A stretch of 64,000 bases of DNA from Azolla caroliniana (Eukaryota > Plantae > Polypodiophyta). Every line of letters begins with the position of its first letter. Position 1 is the first letter of the stretch. Location: contig JBHGNT010000001.1 of the NCBI GenBank assembly GCA_043228905.1, positions 2,604,001 to 2,668,000 of the forward strand. The letters are read 5' to 3'. Position numbers and translations under genes: made by a program. This document shows positions 1 through 13,500 of this stretch, one piece after another. The notes under the pieces are model-generated. The model saw nothing but the letters and a program-made list of their open reading frames with translations, made no database searches and was not told where the DNA came from.

Positions 1-3000
1 GGACTACACATTACAGGGAAACGTGCATACTAGACCAAAATCTTGAATAAACGCCAACTGAATATTGTTGTGGCAAAAAACTGACTAGGAGAAATTGCAG
101 GTAACCAACAGCACCTTGGCATGTAGTTATACAATGCTTCTTTGCATTCTCTGAAACACATCTGATCTCTAGTTTGTATGAACAATTTGGAGCAAGCAAA
201 ATGTTATAATATATACTAGTCACAGATTTTAGCTCGTGATTCACCAAGTTCTAGAAGACATTCGTAATTAGCATTTTTTCTCACTGTAGTCAATTAGTGG
301 ATCTTGATCAACCTCATCTTTTTAAATTTTAGTTACATAGTAATTATGCTGCAGGATTGAAATGGTGCCACCTGGGCAGCTGCAGTGTACTATTACTACT
401 TCAAAAGCTCTGGACTTGATCATCCCCATTTATAACAAGCAACCATTTAATCATGTACTTCATAGATCATTATGTTGCAATAATAATATAAATACACACT
501 GTCAATAAGTCTGGTTGAGTTACTCATGGTGCCTAGACGAATGCTTGAATTTGCTGCGATGGAAGGGCGTATTATTCTGCCATTTTATTGTATTAAAAAA
601 CAACATACATGACTAACAATGCTTAATGTAGATTAAACTTATATTGTGTATATAATCATTCTATAGGAGAAGACTATAAAGGCTAATTGATATTATTTTG
701 GAAAATTTCTCGTGGGCCAGATTGGTATACACGCGCGCACACACGCACATATAATCGTGTGCATGTGTGTGTGTTAGAATCCTTTCCTTCATATCTGTTC
801 ATTATAATGATTATACATCATAGAGTTGTGAAATGCCTATCTTTTCAGCAGCTTGATTAATTTGATGAATTAGATCCATTAGATGATGGCTATTTGTATA
901 TGTATTGATTGATTGATTTTAAGAGTTTCATCCTTGGTAGTAAGAGTATTTACACAAAATAAGAGTGTCATGGATTGAAATTTGAAATCAAACATCTTAA
1001 ATATGTTTAAATTTTCATATTTTATATCCTTCATCCAAAATTGTAATTAATTATCATACTTGGCTCCATTAGCCCTATGCTCTGATGCATTAGATTGGGT
1101 CATGATTCATGAATTTGATGTACATTAATGATCGGGTAGGATTGTGTTAGAACAATGTATTTGATCTCCTATGAGCATGAGCCCATGGGATAGAAGAGGT
1201 TAGTTGACAAAAATGATCCTTCTTTGATGCACTTACCATCCCAAATCATGTTTGAATTGAATGTTTATCTTTGGTTTCAAACAAGGACGATTATTCATAC
1301 CTTGGAATTCCAACATTGGCAACTTAGGGCACAACTCCTAGCTTGTCTTAGGTGTTGTGTAAAAGTTGGCTCCTATTTGCTTCTCCAATTGTTTCATCTG
1401 AATTCTTTTTATGAGAAGGGATTGCATTATGCATATATAGTAACTAGTTTACTAGTGATCTTTTGGTGGCGCTCCTTGATCTTTATCTTCTTTAAATCCA
1501 TGAGAATTGTACTTAGACTTGGTAGCACTATGTGACATTAGACTTCCCACTTAGTTGTATCTCACAATTTGCAGAGCCACTCACAAATTGTATCACTCAC
1601 TTAGTATAGTCTAGCAAATCCCTCAACATATAACTACTGCATAGAAGCAACTCCTCGACTAACAAGCTTTTCTTTATTAGTATGTTTGTTTTGAAGTGAG
1701 TGATGTCATGAGAGTCCATCGTGTTAAGCGAGTAATACAATATGCGAGTGACAATGTGCAATGTGACATATTCTAATTAAATATGTGAGCCTTGGTCTTA
1801 TTGAATGCAACATAGACGTCAATTGAGTTGATGGCTCGATGATCAACATCGGGCTTTGCATTCTCTAGCAATGTCGTCTCATGAAGGAACAACAATTGTG
1901 ACTTTGCCAAACATAGCGGTGGAGCATAATGTAGCAGTGGGTTGTTCCTTCTAAAGCTATATTATGGCTCAAGTGAATCTTTATCAAAGACAATTATGAC
2001 ATCTCAATCGATGGCTAATGTGACAATTATGATAACATTACCAATGCACAACTAGCTCCATGGAATCTTTTATTCCTCACGCACATTAAATTGCATTACA
2101 ACTACATCCAATGCATCATACTCAAAGACTTACTAATTGACAAAGCATTTGGGTCATAAATCTTGGACAATTTCTATTGATGGTGCTTGGGTTATGTCTA
2201 CTTCACCATGAAAAGTAGTGAGAATTAGATAAAGGTATATAAACCATGCCCCTCATCTTCTAGAAAGTGTTCATATAGATTGACTGTCATTTAAATGATT
2301 AGTTTTGCGCTTACTATTGTATCTTCCCCTATTTGTTATAGGTATTTTGTGTCAGTTTTTTTAATCATAATTAACCAAGATAATTAGGTTACTCTTGTGA
2401 TAAGTTGTTAGACAACTAAATTTAGGTATTGGGTTTGAGTCTATACTTTCTCAATATTCTCTTAATTTAGTAAATGCCACTATAAAATGTAGGGGTTGAA
2501 CATGGTCACCATCGAACCAACTAATCTACCAGTATGACCATCGCACGTTGATTAATTAAAGATATTCTATCAATAGTTGATATCATTTCATGAGTATGGA
2601 CATTCTCTCAATGGTTCACTAACATATGCTTGTTAATTAGGGATTTTTCCATGGTGTAAATCCATCTAGAAATATCCACTTAACGATTGGCAAAAAAGGC
2701 GACACTATTAATACATAGGAAATAACACTAACTACATTCTAAGAAACCTCATACAAAGCGGCACAATTGCTTGACATGTTGATATATTGTGCTTGACATG
2801 TTGATAGCACTGCTTATCGATATTATGTATGTTGTAATAATCTAGAAAGGGTTTGTATCCCAAACTTCATATCACATGGCATTCATCAAAAAAATGGTAT
2901 TGAAGCATTGGAAAGATTGGAGTGTGACCATATACATAAACTCCTCAACATTTAATTTTCTATCTTTGGTTTATACTCACATTTTTCCTATACGTCAAAT

Positions 3001-3496
3001 GTTTGATTGCCCCTATTGCATAATTGTTTTTTTTAAACTAAAACAAGTTAGTAGCTAAACCATGCTCAATGAATAGGAAGGCAAGGAGAATTGCCACCAA
3101 CAAAACCACTTCCTCTTTCCTCTTTCCTCTTGTAGTCTTGTGACTTGTTGCAACCGCAACTTCCGTCTCAAGTCCATGTTGTATGCAGCTTCTTCCAGTA
3201 TCTCCGAAATGGAGTTTGTTGAAAAAAAAGTAGATAATTTGAGAAAGCTTTTATTTAGAGTAATAGATATCATTGCATTAAGAAACCTCCATAACTTGAG
3301 CATGCAAAATCCAAAGCTTACCATCTCAAGTTATAAAATACATGGGTTAATAGAAAATCGTTGGTGTTATGCAGAATCTTGTCTAAAAACATCACAAATT
3401 CTCTTATGATGAATGTTGCATAAATCTTTTATATATTTTCCATACAAAGGCAATGTTATAAGTTTTGGGCATTTTCATCATGGAAAGGGAATTTTC

Positions 3497-5613
3497 GGTT
3501 GTGGGCATCAATAAAGCTCTCCCTTGCTGGTAGGGTTGTGGTGGTGAACCATATTTTGTTGGGCACCATGTGGCATCCAGTGGCATGTTGGATGTTAGAC
3601 AAAGCCTGCATAAAAAATATTAAGGCAATGGTGAGAGGCTTCTTGTGGTCGGGTAGAGACAATGAAAATGCATCAGCTAAAGTGGCGTGGGGTTGTTTAG
3701 TTAAGACAAAGAATGAGGGAGAACTTGGACTAGTGGATCCGGTTCACCAAAGTAAGGCTCTACTTGGTAAGCTTTTAGTGCGAAGTTTGCAACCCGGACC
3801 AGAATTGTGGAAGGTGCTCCTTAGGAATAGAGTTTACCTTTGGTGTCCTAGGAATGGTGGTCCTTGGCAGGCAAATACATGGTGGTTGTTCAGCCCAGCT
3901 TTAAAGTTGAAAGAACCGGCTAGCATGGAGGATAGAGTGGTTCACGCCATAATGAAGGCATGGTCAAGTTTAAGAGAAGGGTTAGTCTTAATGCAACCGA
4001 AAACATTGGATGAACAGCTACGACAACCGTTGTTTTGGAACCCTAAGATTAGAAGTGAAGATGGTAAGATGCTTGGACAACAAAAGTACTTGCCTTGGCG
4101 AAGATGCTAGGGTACACGATTCGGTCAGTACACGATTGGGAGGTTTTCAGCATGAAGAGGCGGACGGGTCAGACTATTAATTGTAGGATTACTGGAAGAC
4201 TAGCGAAGGTAACCCAACTGATAGATGGGGTTGTTGATGGATTGGATAAGTTGCATGTGGAAGAGACAGTTTGGTCGGGCTGGTTTGTAGGTGAGGGTGA
4301 CGCACAACTTATCCGTGGTAGGTGCTCAACTAGCGAGGATCGTTTGTGGGGTAACCAAAGTTCTTTGACAGATGATGGTAGGTGGATGGCAGTGTTGGAG
4401 GGTAAGTGGTGGCAATTGAACCCAGACCCTAAGACACTGGATCATGAGTGTAAAATATGGTTTTACGATAATAAGCCCTTATATGATTTGGAGTGAGACC
4501 CATTGGAGGTTTGGTGGCAGACACCAGGAACAAAAAACTTGAAAAAGTTTTTTGAATACAATACCAAGCTAGGAAGACGAATCGTTGGCTCCAAAACCGT
4601 GGATGCTGGAATGATTTGCAACAGCTGGAAGGATAAAGGCATTTCAGACGACGATTTGAAGTCGTTTTGGAGGAGACTATGGGCATTGGATATGCCAGAA
4701 AAAATTAAGGCTTGGTGGTGGCTTCTTAGCCACAAGGCGGTACATGTAGGCGAGTGGTTGAGCTCCCGTGGTGGTGAGGCTAGCTGTAAGTTATGTGGAC
4801 AAGCTTTGGAATCAATCTCTCACTGTTTTTGGAATTGTACAGAGGCGATTAGCATTTGGAGTAGAAGCCTTCGAATCGTGGCAGCCTGTGGTGTGAGAGG
4901 GAACGTTGTATGGGGCTCAATACAAGGGTTGTCCTTAAAAGGGGAAAGCTGGGGTGAACAGTTAAACCCACAAGGACATGGATTTATAGTGCAGGGCGGT
5001 GGCGTGTTCCAATGTGATGGGGTGAGACCAGGCACAAATTCTGAAAATTTTGAGGAGATTTGGCTTATGGTGGCCTGTTTGACGGCCTGGCACATCTGGA
5101 TCAGGCGTTGTAAGGTTGTTTTTCAACAGCAAAAGATCTCATGCGGGGAGATGATGTTAAATATCTGGTTTGATCTTGTGGCTTGGTTGCGCGGTTGGTA
5201 TGATTCGATTCAAGGGGATTCAAAAGAAGCAAAAAGGGCAAGGTCAAAGTTCTTACTGAAATGGAGTAGCTCTCCCATGTTAGTCAAATCTTCATCCAGG
5301 CCTAAGTGGAATTACCAAGCACCTAGGTGGCTGTTTCCACCAATGTCTCCCAATATTGTACATGGGTTGTAATTATGTATGTATAGCTGACACAAACGTG
5401 CATCAAGGAGTTCTAGAGTCGGGGTAAAATAGGGTTTAATTCAAATTTGCTTGAGTTAAGGATCGGTTGAGTTTTTTTTGTTGTTTTTGGTTGATAGTTT
5501 TGGAGTTGTTTCTCCAAGTTGTATATGTTGATCCCATTGTGGATTTGGATAAACTTTGTTGTATTCTATTTGCTAACTAATGCGAAGTAGTGGTTTTTTG
5601 GGGGAAAAAAAAA
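3497..5613 (+). mobile_element. 5'-truncated, degenerate L1-like LINE retrotransposon (3' half of ORF2: post-RT region and zf-RVT, 3' UTR, short A-tail)
   Basis: ORF pieces 3499-4110, 4095-4496 and 4503-5372 carry plant LINE motifs: WASIKLSLAGRVVVVN, FLWSG...AKVAWGCLVKTKNEGELGL, zf-RVT W..MPEKIKAWWW...CKLCGQALESISHCFWNC, and WHIWIRRCKVVF. There is one frameshift (~4100) and one in-frame TGA (4494-4496). An A-run lies at 5605-5613. Confidence 0.9.
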
Positions 5614-7899
5614 CAAGAATTTTCTTATAATAAATACGACGTAGATTATTGAATTGGTTGAATTGCCTTAAGCATGCAATACCATCAGTTTTGGCTAGGT
5701 TGGTCATGGAAAGTGAATTTGTAAAACCATAATGTTTAGGTTAAACGACATGCATGAAGATTACTGAAAATGAACCAACATAGATTCCATTGATCGAGGG
5801 GTAAACCCATGAACTCATCTCCAAAAATAGTGAGACTTGAAAATATATCAATCTACTTGTTCCCCTAAATTGAGCCTAAATACTCTATGATTGTGAGTAT
5901 TTGATTTAACAAACCACCTATGCATCCATGGATCATGTTTTCAACTATTTGTACCTATTTTTTGCGTAGCATCAATTGAAGGATGTAACTGAGCATGACT
6001 CATTACATGTGGTGTATGGTCATTTGTTTTCATTACTGTTTACCATGCAATGTCGTGTTCATAATTATTGTATAGTAATTTTGGGGAGTTCATTTATTAT
6101 CCTACACTCAAAGGATCTCTCTTTTCATTGTACATGACAAAACTATGCATGCAAAAATATGACATCTCATTAGTGAAACGTGTAAGTTTTTGATGAAGTT
6201 GTGCTAGTTAGAGAACTCGAAAGCCATGAATCTATGAGAATCACAACATGATCTTGGAATCCATGCTATTTAGTCAAACCCTCCATGAATTCAAAAGTTG
6301 TTACAATTGTTTGTTTTATAAATTGTAGATAAGCATAACAAATTTGTTCAGCACGCCATGATTATCGATGGATTCAATGAAAAGTGTACGTGCACCTGAT
6401 TATAAAATGTGCATTGACATGGAAAGAGCAAATACTATGACATTCAATATATATACTTGGACTTTGGGTCGTGCTAATCACATTCAAACATGTGAGATTG
6501 CATTTCTTGTTGTATCAAACTCCAACGAGCTAATAATATATTGAAAAGAATATATGTATCAATGATAGGTTGATATAGATTATTTCTTCATAAACCCTAT
6601 TCACATTGTATTCGTGGAAGTATAAACTAAAGAATGTCATATATCTTTGATTCAGTAATATATAATGAATTTAAACTTTAAAGTTCATTACTTGGCGTCA
6701 ATCTGCAAGGTACGGTGACAATTACAAACAAATCATAAGCTACCTATAACATACTTGCCTCTCACTAGCTTTCTACAATTAGATGCACTTTTTTTGGAAC
6801 ACAAATAAATGCGCTATGCTAATGGTTTGCATATGCTTTAGGTTAAGAGAACAAATAAATTAGAATCACGATAAAGGATTTGTATTATAACTACAAAACA
6901 CATTGTTGTTGTTATATAAGGCATTGCATTGCAAGTTATATTTTAGTTTAAACTTTGTTCGTTTGTTATGAGAACTCAAATAAATTGTTTTGATATCAAG
7001 ACAATGCTCTAAATGGACTTTTAATAACTAGAATATAGAAAGATGGGGAGAATATGATGTTTTGCACTACTCCAAATGGACAAGGTAGTTGATCATTGCT
7101 CAATTGATAATTGTAGGTTGTAACCATATATCTATTATCATTGACATAAACACCACTATACACATTAGGTCATCTTTATCCTTTATCAAGATTGATTGGA
7201 TTTTCATGAGTTCACGTTTGCATTATGGAACCCCCCCCTAGCTTGAAATCTCGTTGAAGTTGAATTTGCACAACAACCTAGGTGTGTGAATATGGGAATT
7301 ATTTTGTGAGTTTATTTTTAAAAAATAGCTGAATTTCTTATTATTCCTCGCCTCATAGATATGCATTACCAGTTATTCTAGTGCCTAAATAAGTGAATAC
7401 CATTGAAAACAAAAATATTTCTATCATTGTTTGCAAAACTGCTTAATGATATATTTGAATGGAAAGAAGGATCTCATGATGAAGATCCCCAATTCGTAAG
7501 AACTATATTCATGAGAATTCCATTCAACCACTTTCCATCCCTTGTGTAACGTAGATTGTCAACCAAAATTTAAGCTTGGTAAATCCTATCCCATGGTTGA
7601 TAAAAAAAATAGGCGCTTGTTAACATTTATTTCAATTTGATTGCAAGAAAGGTTGTCTATCGAGGTGGCACTAAATATATGTTGTCACATTGACATGTAT
7701 TCACTATAATTGCTCAATCATATGCTTGAGCTTGCCACAAACAATGCACATATATGTTGTTTATTCTATAATATATATAATGCCATGTTATTCTCTTCAA
7801 CGTGTGGTGGTGGAAAATTAATCTAGAATGCAAGTTCGATTTTGCTTGCATTTTGTTGTTTGAGGACTTTATGCATGAAATGTGAATGACGTTGCTTGG

Positions 7900-8204
7900 T
7901 AATCTTATGACATGCTACTTTGCTTATGCAAAATACACACTCTTGGTAAGAATACATAATATCATTTAGAGACAATACACTAAATTTGGAAGACATTATA
8001 ACCTTGTGTAAATTGCCTAAGTGAAAAATGTCACTTATAAGAAGTTTGGGCAAAGAATTGACTAAATGAGTCCAATTGTTGGGACATCTCCAACAAAAAT
8101 GGTAATCATTTGTAGATGAAACCCAACTCATATTCCAACACATCAATGCAAACATTGGATTTTAGGAATTGGACACAAAATGAACACATTGTCCATCGTG
8201 ATGA

Positions 8205-8237
<33 letters not shown>

Positions 8238-8360
8238 ACGCCTCCAACTTCCAAGTAAGAATGCTTAATGCACCCTTGGTATGAACATGGTGTAAAGAAA
8301 TGCAACAACTATTGCCGATTGCATGTAAAAGAAGACCTATACGCTCATGCCAAACAAGAG
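7900..8360 (+). mobile_element. Highly degraded Ty3/gypsy-like RT/RNase H relic (tentative)
   Basis: Interrupted translations CKLPK*K..., LTK*VQLLGH..W*SFVDET and QLLPIACKRR resemble the gypsy connection/RNase H motifs (LTSAPIL..PF.VETDAS, PIAY.SR). Many stops, and a (CA)n tract is inserted. Confidence 0.3.
8205..8231. repeat. (CA)n microsatellite
   Basis: Perfect AC run seen directly. Confidence 0.95.
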
Positions 8361-9136
8361 GTAGGCGAGTTAGCTTAAAACATTATGTATACATTCTATG
8401 GTTGTGACAAGATTTGTTCCTCTCTCCGTGCAATTTCCTTGCCTATCTATTCATGAGGTTTTTACTAAGACTAAGGACCCTGAGATTTTGCGCCGCCTAT
8501 GAATGGGTTTATATCAAACCATTTAGTTTAATAACAAACCTAGCTCGAGTGACCTCCATGACTTGTGGTCAATGACCATCATTATCATGAATTTCTATTT
8601 GATTGTTTAGTAATACGAATCAAGGCCTAACAAGAGGCAATAAATTTTATGGGGGTTGATCTCTTTGCATCATGACACCACTATGGAATTATGCTCATTT
8701 CTTCTCTTTGAAACCAACTAGACTTGGCTTGCAAAAAACAAACACAAATTTCAACCAAATTATGATTATTTACAGAGGACCGTGGATTCGTACGCCATTA
8801 TCAGCATAGATTTCAGACCAGTTGCTCAGTCTGAAACCAAAAGTGAGTGCGGTAAACGATCAACAAATCATGATTCTGCGATTGGAGCTCGTGAAAAATG
8901 GATTTATGACTGAACACTTTGTCAGAATGAACGAGTGTTAGGGGGTCGAAAATGACCATGGTAAACAACCATGACATTAACAATTAACAAACAACACATC
9001 AAATGATGTGATGATGATGATGGGAGGTGGGTGGGTATCATCATCAAATGATCAAATGTTAGACCCCTAGCCTTTTTTTATGGTAGGCTACACACATGCA
9101 CACCCCCCATAAGTACTAAGGCACAAGAAATATGAA

Positions 9137-9266
9137 AACAAAAGCAAAAAGCAAAAAGCAAAAATCAAAAATCAAAAAGCAAAAAGCAAAAAATCAAAAT
9201 GCAGTAAAATAAAAAAATAAATAGAAAATAGAAAAAAGTTTTCTAATGGTTTTACCTGCTGTACTG

Positions 9267-9303
<37 letters not shown>
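9137..9303 (+). repeat. (AAAAGC)n tract and (CT)n microsatellite (9270-9303), probably near the B55 promoter/transcription start
   Basis: Repeats seen directly. CT tracts typically mark plant 5' leaders, so the promoter role is inference. Confidence 0.8.
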
Positions 9304-9305
<2 letters not shown>

Positions 9306-9919
9306 GCCCAATAGAGCTCATCTTCTTTTGCCCTTTCTTTCTTCGAGATCGATCGCCCATTCTCTGCATTCATCTCCATTAATTCATGAACACAAATCTT
9401 CCCTTCACAGATGGAACAAATTTGTCCCTTGCCTCTCCTCCTCACTCTTTCCGCCATGCCTATGCGCTCTAAAAGTCTCTGCATCTAAACCCTCCCTCAC
9501 TCTCTCTGTATTTATTCGGTGCTCGCTCGATCGATCCAACTGTGGAAGTTGAAGGTCCGATTTCACAGGAAATTGAAAGTGTGCTTTCCTTTCTGATGCT
9601 TATTTATACAGGTTCGTCTTTTCTCTTTTCTCTCTCCTCTCCTCTCTCTCAAAATGAAGAAAAACCCAAACTATCGGTTTGAGTATGATCTTCCCTCGAA
9701 AATATAGAAATCTATGTCATTTTGTGTTTTTAGCCATTATTTCACTCCTTCCCATGCCAAAATGATTGTGGGTTTGCAAGCATTTGATCAGAATTTGTGT
9801 AAAGTGTTCAACAAACAAAGAAATCCTAAAACGAGTCTCCTTCTCTGCCGTTCATTAAAGAGTATTGTCTTTATGAACAAGATCTGAGAAAGGATTGGAA
9901 ACCCTGATATGAGTTTTAC

Positions 9920-10583
9920 TTAGAAAAAAAGGTTCCATTTAATTTAAAGCATCTTAGAAGGGTTCTACTTAGAACAAGTAAATGGACAATTTTATATTAA
10001 AATATCTTTGACTTGTTTAAAAGCTGAACAAGGTATTCGGTGAGATTTCGCTGAAGAAGAGGAGACGTAGAAGATGGTAAAAAGCGCCAGTTATATCCAA
10101 GCATCTTTGATTTACGGAAAGTCTGAAAAAAGGATACAGTGAGACTTTGGTGAAGACGGGGAGATATAAAAGAAGGAAGCAGTAACCACTTATGTCAGAC
10201 TATTGCTGGTTCAGTGAAAAAGTGAACAAATCATTCACTGATTTTTGCTGAAGCAGAGAATCTGAATGGTTCCATTTAGGAGAAGCAAAAAGGGCCATTG
10301 TATATCGAAGTATCTTTGGCTAGTTGAAAAGATGAAGATATAATTGATTGTGTGTTTGCTGAACGAAGATGGCTTATACATAGAACAAACAAGGCAATCT
10401 TTATCAAAGCATCTTTTGCTTATCGAGGGCTGATCAGAAAATTCATTGAGATTTCTGCCGAAGAGGAAAGGACCTAGCTGGGTTCTACTTAGAAGAAGAA
10501 GAAAAAGGTTAATTTAATCAGAACATCTTTGGTTTCGTTAAAACTGAGAATTAAATTCAGTGAGTTGGATCATAAAATCAGTA
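9920..10583 (+). repeat. Degenerate ~100-bp tandem array (about 6.5 units) abutting the B55 start codon
   Basis: Recurrent unit TAGAA(C/G)AA...TATATC.AAGCATCTTTG...AAAGCTGA...ATTCAGTGAGATTT.GCTGAAGA. Units start at ~9970, 10068, 10168, 10277, 10381 and 10490, with a partial unit at 9920. Confidence 0.8.
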
Positions 10584-13500
10584 ATGGTCCCTAGTGCTGG
10601 AGTGCTGGTTTCAGCAGAGAACAATGGGCATTCAGCACAGCCTCTGGAATGGAGATTCTCGCAAGTCTTTGGAGAACGATCAGCCGGAGAGGATGTTCAA
10701 GATGGTATGAACTAATGTTCTTGTTCAATATTTTATCTTTCAAAGGATGTCACTATTCATTCATCATAGGAACCATTATTGTGCTTTGTTACATTGATAT
10801 TTCAAAGCATCTCAACTCGTCCATCCAGATTTTCTATGATAGTGAGTTCATGGAATATGTGCCGTATCCTGAATGGATGGAAGGCTGTCCTTGTGTTGCA
10901 CCTTGCCTTAAGATGTGACATCAGTGTTTTTCTTGCATCATAAGAACGGATTATGCATGGTTTAGTACTTATCTATGTTGATTCTCAAATGTTTCAATAC
11001 GTTCATCAAGCTAAATGTTAGTTTGTATAAAGGTTCATCTATACAATGTGTTTAAAGGTTGATTTTGTATTTTGGCCTTCCATTGATTAATACTAAAATC
11101 TGTTGCACCATAGGAACCAAGTATGCACTCTATTTACTTGTTTTTTGTGAATCTTTCAAAGAATCTCGACAATTTCATCAATAAACTGTTGATCAGAAAT
11201 GTTCATGTTAACATTGGTTTTGGAGGTTGTGACTGTATTTTGTTGCCTTAATTAGAATCAAGCTAGGATATCACGAGTGTTTGCTTCATAAGAATCAAAT
11301 TTGCATGCTATGTACTCGTTTATGTTTATCTTTCAAAGGATCTCAACTCATGCATCAAGGTTTGTGAGGTTAGTGAAAGTGTAAAAGCTCTGGATTCACA
11401 ATGGGTATGAAGAGTTTTGTTTGTATGTTATTCCTTACCGTAATTAACATTAGAACAAGATACCACTAATTTCTGCCTGGAGTAATATCTGACAAATATT
11501 GGTTGACGTGAATGTTTCCTGGACATAAGGTGAATCTGCAACTGAAAACATCACAATGTCGACAGACTAATACTTGTTTGAACCTTCTAAGAATGCAATG
11601 ATGATAGTGAGAAAAGCAATTTAAATATTGTTGTAGTTAAATACAAATTTGCAGGATAGGTACATAAGGAACATTTTGAATCGATGTCAGCTTGCAGGAT
11701 AAATGCAGCAGAAGCATTTTAATGATAAAATAATGCAGCAGAAGCATTTTAATTGTATTTAATTGTATATGAACATTGTATGATAAAATAATGCCATTTA
11801 CCTTCATGAGCAATGCTCTAGATTCATCATCTTTTTGATATTGCATTCTATAGTTAAGCTGAAGGTTAGACTTCCAACAGGATCATGACTGAACAATTGC
11901 ATGAGTTAAAAACTTGTGGAAAGCCTGCAACATCTCATATGCCATAAATAATTTTATGTGGGGAGTATATTCTTCAGATATCCTAATATATGCAGCAAAT
12001 CTTGTTAGTAATCATGTGGTAACTTTTGCAGTTGATATTATATCTGCCATTGAATTTGATAAATCTGGCGAGCATCTAGCGACAGGAGATAGAGGTGGCC
12101 GTGTGGTTCTTTTTGAAAGGACTGATGTGAAAGAGGTATAACCGGATTCCAAAACTCTATAAGTGACTTGTGCAAGGTTTTATTCACATAGTATCTGAAT
12201 ATCTGAATGTCACACAGTTTCGTCTAAGAAAAGAGTTGGAAGGAACAGATGCCTCAATTTCAAGGCATCCTGAGTATCGATATAAGACTGAGTTTCAGAG
12301 TCATGAACCTGAGGTCTGTTGTGGAGTTGGAAAAGATACCTTTTCTGTTTGCCTGCCTTCTATTATGTTGTTCGTTTCTAAACATATTGCAATACCTGAT
12401 GTGTTCTTTCATTGATATGATTCAGTTTGACTACTTGAAAAGTCTGGAGATAGAAGAGAAAATAAACAAAATTAGGTGGTGTGAGACTGCCAATAGTTCT
12501 CTCTTTTTGTTGTCAACAAATGACAAGACCGTAAAGCTATGGAAGGTGAGGTTTTTGGATCACCAATTGGATAGATTGCTGTTTATTTTACATTAGTAAA
12601 TCTCATGAAACTGCTACTTGCTTTAAGTTAATGATATCGATTTGTATTCTATTCTTTCAGGTCTCCGAGAAGAGGTTAAAGAAAGTAACAGAAACAAATA
12701 TAGCAAACTCATGTAATGGTACTTCACTAGGAAGAACCCAACTGCAGACTCATAAGTCAACAGGACCATGCGTAGGAAATGGAAACATATTTCAAAGTTT
12801 GGACCCAATTGTAGATCATGAATATGCATTTCCCCCAGATGGCATCCCATCACTTCACTTGCCCACGGTAGTTGTATTTTCTCTATGTTTTTTTTGTTCT
12901 TGTTTCTGCAAGGCACCACCACTCTAATTCTGCTAAAGATTGAGGGTGAAACATCGCCTGCAGTTGAACTCACTATTATGTACATGCTGCAGGTTTCTAA
13001 GAATGAAATAACACATGTGGCAAGATATAGAAGGATCTATACTCATGCACATGATTATCATATCAATTCTATTTCAACTAACAGGTAATGTGAAATTCAA
13101 AATGAATGAAATTACAGAATAGGAATAAAAGCCTGAAATATGTGGGCCCCAAAATCTTGTAAACATACTAAGGCATGCATATTAGTTTCCTCCTGTCACT
13201 CTCTCCTTTTCTTTTCTCTTGTGGTTTCATTCACATATATTTGCACATATGAACACTAATTTGCTATAGACTATTGAAAACGAAGGTGGATTTTAAAATT
13301 AATGAACATGTGATTTATGGGTGAAAGTGTTGAAATGGGCGTGCTAATTTAAGGTTTTGCCACTTAACATGCATTTGTTTCACGGCTGTGCATTATGCAT
13401 GGGGTCATATTATCCTATCTTTTTTGCCATAATGTTTGTTAAAGTTTAACTGCTTTATTGCACATGAGCCAAAAAGTTTGTTAGTTATCAGTCTTTACAG

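Noticed and set aside
1000-3400. Short ORFs and possible retroelement debris (also 5700-7800, 27000-27750 and 48400-49900)
   Set aside because: No motif could be read with enough confidence to name a family by eye.
9009-9046. TGATGATGAT...ATCATCATCA hairpin
   Set aside because: Short stem made of simple trinucleotide repeats, too small for a miRNA precursor.
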